Assembly: GCA_036392575.1 (NCBI GenBank)
Contig: DASVXS010000151.1
Location: 1 to 42,204 of the forward strand
Length of the DNA stretch: 42,204 nt
DNA from: Thermoleophilaceae bacterium
Lineage (GTDB): Bacteria > Actinomycetota > Thermoleophilia > Solirubrobacterales > Thermoleophilaceae
Direction of reading: 5' to 3'
This document shows, piece by piece, positions 33,756 to 42,204 of the stretch (its first letter is position 1; every line of letters starts with the position of its first letter). The notes beneath the pieces are model-generated. The model was not told where the DNA came from. It ran no database searches and saw only the letters and a program-made list of their open reading frames with translations. A program made the position numbers and the translations under genes.

Positions 33756-34979
33756 TCAGCGGCGATCCCCCCGTTCGCGTGCCGCCTGACGCCGTCGCTC
33801 GGGCGGCGGCCGGAAGCGGTTCGATCGCTGCCTCGACTCGGCAGGCTGCGGACTCGGGCGAATCGGCGTTGCGGACGCCGGCTCGCCGTCTTGATCCCCC
33901 TCGCCGCCCTCCTCCTCCGGCCAGTGCTCGAAGACGGGTCCCCAGCGTGCGCCGAGACCCGTCATCACGTACGCGTGGCGGACGTAGTCGTAGCGGAAGC
34001 CGAGCCGCATGAGCCTGGCGATCGCCCGATCGCCCACACGGCGCCGTTTGCGGTGCGTGCGGCGCGGACGACGCGGGATCGAACGTCGCCGGCGCGTCCG
34101 CGTGCCGAGCCACACCAGTGCGACTGCCGTGGCGATGATCGCGAGTATGAACAGCAGTGCGAAGGTGTTCTCGTTGCCACCACCGGCGTGATCCGCACTC
34201 GGCTCGACCGGCGCCGTCTTGGGAGGTGGTGGTGCCTTCGCGGGCTTCGGCCGCTCATTGCTGCTGCCGGAGGTCGGCTTCGCGCGCTCGTGACCGCCAC
34301 GTGACGCCGGCTTCGCGCGCTCGTGGCCACCACCCGACGCGGGCTTCGCGCGCTCCCGCGTGCTGCGTGTGCGAGCCCGCTGCGCCGTCGGCAGCTCAGC
34401 CTGCGTGAGAGGACCGGCAACTCCATCCGCAGCGAGGTGACGCGCCTGCTGGAACCTGACCACGGCGCGCGTGGTCTGCGGTCCGTAGAGGCCGTCGACC
34501 GGACCCGGCTGGAAGCCGCGGTGTGCGAGCTCGCGCTGGAGCGTTCGCACCTCGCCTGACCCACCCTGCTGGTAGCCGCTTCCAGGCTCCAGCAGTGGAG
34601 AACGGAGAGCTCTCCGCGTCTGCGGACCGACCTTGCCGTCGACCGCTATGCCCTGACTCTGTTGAAAGCGTGTGACCGCCCGGGTCGTGAGCAGGCCGTA
34701 CAGCCCGTCGATCGGACCCGGATCGAAGCCCGCGCGTGATAGCCGGCGTTGCACCGAGCGCACCTCGCCTGAACCACCTTCTCGGTAGCCGCTTCCCAGG
34801 ACGAGCACGCTCTCGGACGCATGCGCGAGCCGAGTCACTTCAGCGCCGGTGTGCGATGACCGGCCGTTTGGGCTCTGGGCCTCGGCCTGCCATGGCGCCA
34901 GCGCAAGCGCTGCGGCGAGCACCAGGAGGAGGACTCCCGGGTGCGCGCGGAGCGCGAAGTGATGGCGTACTGATGACAT
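33756..34979 (-). CDS. bitopic membrane protein: signal peptide, two PG_binding_1 domains, 11-aa tandem repeats, one TM helix, basic cytoplasmic tail
   Basis: ORF 33756..35009. The ATG at 34979 is preferred (AAGGGAAG upstream; signal peptide MSSVRHHFALRAHPGVLLLVLAAALALAPWQAEA). There are two copies of GSGEVR.(V/L)QR.L...GF.PGP(I/V)DGLYG..T.RAV.RFQQ. The repeats are RERAKPASGGG / HERAKPASRGG / HERAKPTSGSS / NERPKPAKAPP. TM helix FALLFILAIIATAVALVWL, then RTRRRRSIPRRPRRTHRKRRR. Confidence 0.72.
   Translation of the reverse strand: MSSVRHHFALRAHPGVLLLVLAAALALAPWQAEAQSPNGRSSHTGAEVTRLAHASESVLVLGSGYREGGSGEVRSVQRRLSRAGFDPGPIDGLYGLLTTRAVTRFQQSQGIAVDGKVGPQTRRALRSPLLEPGSGYQQGGSGEVRTLQRELAHRGFQPGPVDGLYGPQTTRAVVRFQQARHLAADGVAGPLTQAELPTAQRARTRSTRERAKPASGGGHERAKPASRGGHERAKPTSGSSNERPKPAKAPPPPKTAPVEPSADHAGGGNENTFALLFILAIIATAVALVWLGTRTRRRRSIPRRPRRTHRKRRRVGDRAIARLMRLGFRYDYVRHAYVMTGLGARWGPVFEHWPEEEGGEGDQDGEPASATPIRPSPQPAESRQRSNRFRPPPERRRQAARERGDRR
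34243..34374. repeat. four tandem copies of a 33-bp unit inside the PG-binding gene
   Basis: Units start at 34243, 34276, 34309 and 34342 (GGCTTCGCGCGCTCGTG...). They encode the (H/R)ERAKPAS.GG 11-mers. Confidence 0.8.
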
Positions 34980-35113
34980 GGAACTTCCCTTTCGAATACG
35001 AGCGAACATTTGGGGGCGCCGCCGGCGCGCGCCTATGGCGCCCGGCGACGGGCCTACCGGGCCGCCGCGCGAAAGCGCGCAGCGACGACCGGCCTAGCTA
35101 CCGCCGGCCGCGG

Positions 35114-36829
35114 TCAGCCAGGTCGCTCGGAAAGGGCGATGAAGGGGACCGGCCGGAAGCAGGCCGGGTCCACGGAGAGCCGCCGGCGAAGGGCCGGGGC
35201 TGTAAGGGCAAAGAGAATGAGGAACGCCGCGATGCCGCCGAACATGAGACCGCTCGGCGAGGCGGCGCCGGACCCCTGCGCGGCACCCGCAGGGAAGGGG
35301 CTGTCCGGATGCGCGGGGCGGGAGGCGCGCGACACGGCGTCACGCGTCGAGGGCGCGGTGGCGGCGATCGGGCTTGTCGCTCCGGCGAGCATGGACGCCG
35401 CGGTGCGGCCGAGCTTCGCGGGCGACACGGATCCGTGTGCCCTGCGCTCGTCGCGCGTGGCCCCAGCCGGCGCGAGGACGCTCGGCGTGTGCGAGAGAAG
35501 CGACTGTGGAAGCGGCACCCGCGTGAGTGCCTGGCCGACGGACGGAGTGGCCGGGTCGGTCGGCGCCGGCGTGCGCTCGATCGCGGGCGCTAGCGCGGAC
35601 GGTGGCGGGGCCGGCGGGCCCGGAAGGACCGTGCCCAGGAGAGGCGCCGTCGTTTCGACCACTGGTGCGAGCGGAGCGAGGAGCGAGTCTGTTGGCGGGA
35701 CCCCGGTCCCAAGGAGCGGCGCGGTCGTCGTGTCCATTGCACCGAGCAGCGAGGTCGTCGAATCGAGCAGAGGCGACACGGCGCCATCCAGCGGCGGCGT
35801 CGTCGAGTCGAGTGCCGGGACGACCGTCGTATCGAGCAGCGGCGTCGTCGAATCGAGCACCGGCCCCACCGCGCCATCCACCAACGACGTCGTCGTATCG
35901 AGCAGCGGGACGACCGCCGTATCGAGCAGCGGTGTCGTCGTATCGACCAACGGCGCCACCGCTCCATCCACCAGCGAAGTCGTCGTATCGACGACCGGCG
36001 CCACCGCTTCATCCACCAGCGAAGTCGTCGTATCGACCACCGGGGCCAACGCGCCATCCACCAACGACGTTGTCGAATTGAGCACCGGCGCCACTGTTCC
36101 ATCGACGAGCGACGTCGTCGTGTCGACCAGCGGCGCGGTCGCCGAGTCGAGCGTCGAAGCAGGCGAGCCACCACTCGGGCCACCCGAGCCAGTCGTCGAG
36201 CCTGCCGTCGACTCCACCGAGTCGGCCGTCGAGTTCGCCGTCGAACCGGCCGAGCCACTCGTCGAGTCCGTGGTCGACGTGACCGTGTCGCCGATCGAGT
36301 CGATCGTCTGCTCGGCCGAGGTGACGCCGGAGTCGACGGTTCGACTGACCGAGTCGGACGTCGAGGCCGCGGTGTTCGTGACGGCGCTCGTCGTATCGGA
36401 AACCGTCGACGTGGCCGTATTCGTCACGTCGGACACCGCGTTCGTCACGCTCGACGTGTCCGGCGAGCTCGGAACGCTCGTGGTGTTGCCGGACGGCGCG
36501 CTCGGCGTGGACGGCGCGCTCGGCGTGGACGGCGTGCTCGGCGTGTTGGTGGACGGCGTACTTGGTGCGGACGGCGCGCTGGGCGTGTCCGTCGACGGCG
36601 CGCTCGGAGCAGACGGCGTGGCGGGCGGCGCGGCTTGCGTGACCGAGTCGACCGTCGAGTTGACCGTCGCGGTCGCTCCGTCGACCACATTCGTGACCGT
36701 CGCCCCTGTGTCGAGAGCCAGCGCCACGCTTGGCAGAAGCCCGAGCCCCAGCAGCGCGACGGCGAGCACGCAGAGCGATCTCCGAATCGCGTACCACCTG
36801 CTGGGTGACGAAGAGCTAGCCGAGCTCAT
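35114..36829 (-). CDS. Thr/Ser/Asp/Val-rich tandem-repeat cell-surface protein with a signal peptide and a C-terminal TM anchor
   Basis: 571 aa. ATG with GGGAGG about 10 nt upstream. Signal peptide RRSLCVLAVALLGLGLLPSVALA. PSAPS/TPS low-complexity region (aa 67-116). Eight exact-length 15-aa repeats, DTTTSLVDGAVAPVV (aa 236-355), plus degenerate copies. Pro-rich stalk. C-terminal LMFGGIAAFLILFALTAPAL-RRRL anchor plus a tail of about 20 aa. No LPXTG motif seen. Confidence 0.68.
   Translation of the reverse strand: MSSASSSSPSRWYAIRRSLCVLAVALLGLGLLPSVALALDTGATVTNVVDGATATVNSTVDSVTQAAPPATPSAPSAPSTDTPSAPSAPSTPSTNTPSTPSTPSAPSTPSAPSGNTTSVPSSPDTSSVTNAVSDVTNTATSTVSDTTSAVTNTAASTSDSVSRTVDSGVTSAEQTIDSIGDTVTSTTDSTSGSAGSTANSTADSVESTAGSTTGSGGPSGGSPASTLDSATAPLVDTTTSLVDGTVAPVLNSTTSLVDGALAPVVDTTTSLVDEAVAPVVDTTTSLVDGAVAPLVDTTTPLLDTAVVPLLDTTTSLVDGAVGPVLDSTTPLLDTTVVPALDSTTPPLDGAVSPLLDSTTSLLGAMDTTTAPLLGTGVPPTDSLLAPLAPVVETTAPLLGTVLPGPPAPPPSALAPAIERTPAPTDPATPSVGQALTRVPLPQSLLSHTPSVLAPAGATRDERRAHGSVSPAKLGRTAASMLAGATSPIAATAPSTRDAVSRASRPAHPDSPFPAGAAQGSGAASPSGLMFGGIAAFLILFALTAPALRRRLSVDPACFRPVPFIALSERPG
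35765..36124. repeat. eight tandem 45-bp units (degenerate copies extend to about 35690-36154)
   Basis: Plus-strand units resemble GTCGTCGTATCGACCAACGGCGCCACCGCTCCATCCACCAGCGAA. They correspond to the DTTTSLVDGAVAPVV repeats of the minus-strand gene. Confidence 0.8.
36482..36631. repeat. short-period (about 15-18 bp) GC-rich tandem repeats encoding PSAPS/TPSTPS low complexity
   Basis: Reiterated GACGGCGCGCTCGGCGTG-type units on the plus strand, corresponding to aa 67-116 of the surface protein. Confidence 0.65.
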
Positions 36830-37034
36830 CCGTGGAAGGCCTCCCGTTCTCCACGCGCGCGTGGGGACGGAGTGCCCCGGTCAACAGGCCCGAAACACTC
36901 GCGAAAGCGGTAAATCGACTCGCCTCACGACGCACTACGAAAGTGCCCTGCGTGCAGGCATATTTGACGCACGCGTCACGGACGCGCCCACGCGCAATCC
37001 CGGCGCATGGGCACAAGTGGCCGGTGGCTTTGAC

Positions 37035-39938
<2,904 letters not shown>

Positions 39939-39964
39939 TTCTTTCAGTCTAGGCACCGGGTCGG

Positions 39965-39980
39965 TCGAACACGTGTTCGG
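39965..39980. promoter_or_regulatory. LexA SOS (Cheo) box upstream of uvrA
   Basis: TCGAAC-ACGT-GTTCGG contains a perfect CGAAC-N4-GTTCG and matches the mycobacterial TCGAAC-N4-GTTCGA consensus at 11 of 12 positions. It lies 27 nt upstream of the proposed uvrA GTG, in the uvrA/cupin divergent region. Confidence 0.75.
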
Positions 39981-40095
39981 TTCCCGCTCTTTACGGATAT
40001 CCGCCCCCCAGCTGACGAGGCGGCCCCATTGGTGGTGGCTCGCGTAGAGGCGACCATGCCTCCACAGCCCCTTCAGCCACTCCAAGAGGACGACG

Positions 40096-40761
40096 ATGAC
40101 CGACCGCACCCGCCACGACGAGATCACCCACAGCCGAGCCGGCGACGTGTTCGTGAATCCCGTTACCGGCGAGCGCGCCGTGATCGTGTGCGGGACCGCC
40201 GACAGCACTGACGGCAGCCTCTCGGTCCACCTCTTCGTCGCGCCGGGTGGAGCGGTTGCCGCCGAGCATTATCACCCTCAGCTCGTGGAACGCTTCCGCG
40301 TGCTGTCGGGCCACCTCGCCGTGTCCGTCGAGGGGCGCCGCAGCCACATGGGCCCGGGCGACGAGCTCAGCATTCCGCCGGGCGTGATCCACGACTGGTG
40401 GAACGCCGGCGAGACTGAGGCCGAGGTGCTCGTGGAGGTCACTCCCGGGCGGCGCTTCGAGCTCATGGTGGGCAGCCTGTTCGGCCTTGCACGCGACGGG
40501 AAGGTCAACGCAAAGGGGATGCCGAACCTCCTCCAGCTCGCGGTCATGGCGAGCGAGTTCGACGACACCGTCCGGTTCGTGAAGCCGAGCCCGATCGTGC
40601 AGAAGCTTCTCTTCGCCGTGCTCGCGCCGCTTGGCCGCCTGCTGGGCTACCGCCCTTACTACGCGGAGTATCTCGTCCCCGCCGAGCACATCGAGCCGGA
40701 GCGCTCCGTGCTCGACATGGTCCGCTCCCACCACGCCGCGCCGAGGACCGCCTTGGCCTGA
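40096..40761 (+). CDS. cupin-domain protein
   Basis: 221 aa: [53 protein letters not shown] (cupin_2 motifs G(X)5HXH...G(X)5PXG...H). Confidence 0.7.
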   Translation: MTDRTRHDEITHSRAGDVFVNPVTGERAVIVCGTADSTDGSLSVHLFVAPGGAVAAEHYHPQLVERFRVLSGHLAVSVEGRRSHMGPGDELSIPPGVIHDWWNAGETEAEVLVEVTPGRRFELMVGSLFGLARDGKVNAKGMPNLLQLAVMASEFDDTVRFVKPSPIVQKLLFAVLAPLGRLLGYRPYYAEYLVPAEHIEPERSVLDMVRSHHAAPRTALA

Positions 40762-40764
40762 GCC

Positions 40765-41661
40765 ATGCTGGAGCGCGTGGACACAGTCGTCGTGGGCGCG
40801 GGTCAGGCTGGGCTGGCTGCCAGCTTCCGCCTCGAGCGCGCCGGCGTGGACCACGTGGTGCTCGAGCGTGGCCGCGTGGGCGAGTCCTGGCTCTCTCAGC
40901 GCTGGGACGAGTTCAGGCTGAATACGCCGAACTGGGCCAACCTGCTCCCCGGCATGGACCTGCGCGGCGCCGATCCCCACGCCTTCGCGAGCGCGCGGGA
41001 GTTCGCCGCCCGACTCGCTCGGTACGTGCGCGTGAACCGGCTCCCGGTGCTCACCGGCGTGAGCGTCATGGGGCTCGAGCCTGACGGCGAACACGGCTGG
41101 CGCGTGACCACCGACGCCGGTGACTACCTCTGCCGAGACGTGGTACTCGCCGCCGGCTGGCTGAACCGTCCCCGCTTCCCTGCCGTGGCGCTCACCGTGC
41201 CGCTGTCGATCGAACGCATCCACACCGCCGCCTACCGCAATGCCTCGCAGCTTCCCGACGGTGGCGTGCTGGTCGTGGGCTCCGGGCAGTCCGGCGTGCA
41301 GATCGCCGAGGACCTGCTCGGATCGGGCCGCAGCGTCTAGCCCGCGCGCGCAGGCTTCGGCCTCGATGCGCCGCGCGAGATCGACGCCCGCTCCATTGGA
41401 TCGGTGATTTGGGCGACCGGCTTCAGCCCGGACCTCCGGTGGCTGGCGCCTTCGCTGCTCGAGCGCGAGGGCTTGCACGTGCTCGGGCGCGCGTGGCTTC
41501 GCTCACGCAAGTCCGGCATGGTCTACGGCGCCGCCGAGGACAGCGCGGCGATCGTGGCGCGGATCACGGGTGGGCGTGCCGTCGAGATGGGTCGACGACG
41601 GTTGGCTCATCAAGCTCCTGCTGCCGAGCACGCGGTTCAGCAACCTCAACTGGTCGCGTAG
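40765..41661 (+). pseudogene. decayed FAD-dependent (flavin-containing monooxygenase / CzcO-like) oxidoreductase: in-frame TAG plus a large internal deletion
   Basis: ORF 40765..41340 carries the N-terminal FAD site VVVGAGQAGLAAS and the second dinucleotide site VLVVGSGQSGVQIAEDL, then stops at TAG 41338-41340. ORF 41404..41661 is in the same frame and carries the family's C-terminal VIWATGFSPDLRWL motif only 22 codons later. In the family members I recall, these two motifs are well over 100 residues apart. Confidence 0.6.
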
Positions 41662-41807
41662 CGAGACGGGCGACGCCCGGCCGGGTGTCGTCGATTTGGG
41701 TCGATAGTGGCCGCTAAGTAACGACGCTCAGCGGTTTCTGTCGATTTCAGCCCAGTGGCGGGCCTTCGCCCGAGCAGCCGTTATTGCTGGTGTAAACGAG
41801 GCGGGCA

Positions 41808-42204
41808 ATGACGCGGGAGGCGGGCGACCAACGCCGCCTGACGTCCGCACCGGCGGCCATCATCGCCCCCGTGAGGGTGCTCGACTTCCTCACGATGATG
41901 CTCGCCACCGTGCGGGGCAGGCCGCCCCGCCAGCCGCGCGCGCCCCGTCCGATACCCTCCAAGCCGTCTTCTACGGGAGGAAGCTTGGACCTCGACCGCA
42001 CTCGCATCGAACGCAAGGACTTCAGCGTCGTCCGAAGGGGCTACGACCCGTCGGAGGTGGATCTACACCTGCGCGACCTGGCCGACGCCGTGGCCGAGCT
42101 GCGGGCGGAGCTCCGGTCGACACCCGCCGGTGTGGCGGGCGCAGCCGCCGAGCACGTGAAGACGATCGTCGAGGCCGCCGAGAAGAGCGCTGCCGAGATC
42201 GAGG
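41808..42204 (+). CDS. DivIVA-domain protein, 5' partial (runs off the right edge; not in the ORF track)
   Basis: Manual translation: ...RIERKDFSVVRRGYDPSEVDLHLRDLADAVAELRAELRS...AAEHVKTIVEAAEKSAAEIE, with the DivIVA-type F..(R/K)GYD..EVD motif and a coiled coil. The frame is open back to ATG 41808 (GAGG upstream, high GC3, in-frame TAA at 41793). An alternative TTG at 41985 follows GGGAGGA. Confidence 0.6.
   Translation, partial: MTREAGDQRRLTSAPAAIIAPVRVLDFLTMMLATVRGRPPRQPRAPRPIPSKPSSTGGSLDLDRTRIERKDFSVVRRGYDPSEVDLHLRDLADAVAELRAELRSTPAGVAGAAAEHVKTIVEAAEKSAAEIE

Noticed and set aside
39939-40208. 90-codon N-terminal extension of uvrA in the ORF track
   Set aside because: The extension is Trp/Arg-rich and unlike UvrA N-termini. 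It reads across the SOS box and overlaps the divergent cupin gene. The GTG at 39938 places the start 8 residues before the conserved [12 protein letters not shown].
41338-41340. In-frame TAG in the FMO-like gene as programmed read-through or pyrrolysine
   Set aside because: There is no supporting context, since the organism type does not use Pyl and no pyl genes are in the window. The accompanying loss of the central domain argues for simple gene decay.
39991-41478. Minus-strand 495-aa ORF
   Set aside because: It is antisense to the cupin gene and the FMO remnant, and no motifs are visible.

Overview
High-GC (roughly 70%), gene-dense chromosomal core segment, probably from an Actinomycetota-type bacterium. 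The taxon is inferred from a Gram-positive Cheo-type LexA box, many GTG/TTG starts and pervasive 4-nt NTGA gene overlaps. I count about 45 protein genes and 2 tRNAs, with no CRISPR array, transposase or integrase and no recognisable defence island. From the left edge to about 6.3 kb (minus strand): an ftcD-like gene, a small membrane protein, an MBL hydrolase, hisS, aspS and an IscU-like::MnmA fusion that runs off the left edge and is absent from the ORF track. From about 6.3 to 14 kb: tRNA-Met, a 40-codon membrane sORF, a SnoaL-like protein, a DHA2 MFS exporter, an SRPBCC protein, a heterodimeric ABC exporter pair, tRNA-Gln, an HNH endonuclease preceded by a LexA-box-like palindrome, and an S4 RNA-binding protein. 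From about 14 to 29.3 kb there is a long minus-strand array: FAD oxidoreductase, two TrkA/RCK proteins, two paralogous APC-permease::USP fusions with a small membrane protein, an H+-pyrophosphatase of the K+-independent type, MTA phosphorylase, DUF1844, a GCS2 carboxylate-amine ligase, Rex, a glutaredoxin-like protein, tsaD-rimI-tsaB-tsaE and a family-4 UDG. From about 29.4 kb to the right edge: DUF2520-panC-panD-panB, then an envelope cluster (cupredoxin lipoprotein, hexapeptide acyltransferase, bitopic peptidoglycan-binding protein, 571-aa Thr/Ser/Asp/Val-rich tandem-repeat surface protein). This is followed by uvrA with a perfect SOS box, a cupin, a decayed flavin-monooxygenase pseudogene and the start of a DivIVA-domain protein. 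The leads most worth a second look are: (1) the IscU-like::MnmA fusion; (2) the APC::USP x2 + TrkA x2 cluster with no TrkH/KtrB in the window; (3) the 15-aa-repeat surface protein and its bitopic PG-binding neighbour; (4) the UDG with a C-terminal QLGLF clamp-binding-like motif; (5) the LexA-like box in front of the HNH endonuclease. All family calls come from reading motifs by eye; no database search was run.
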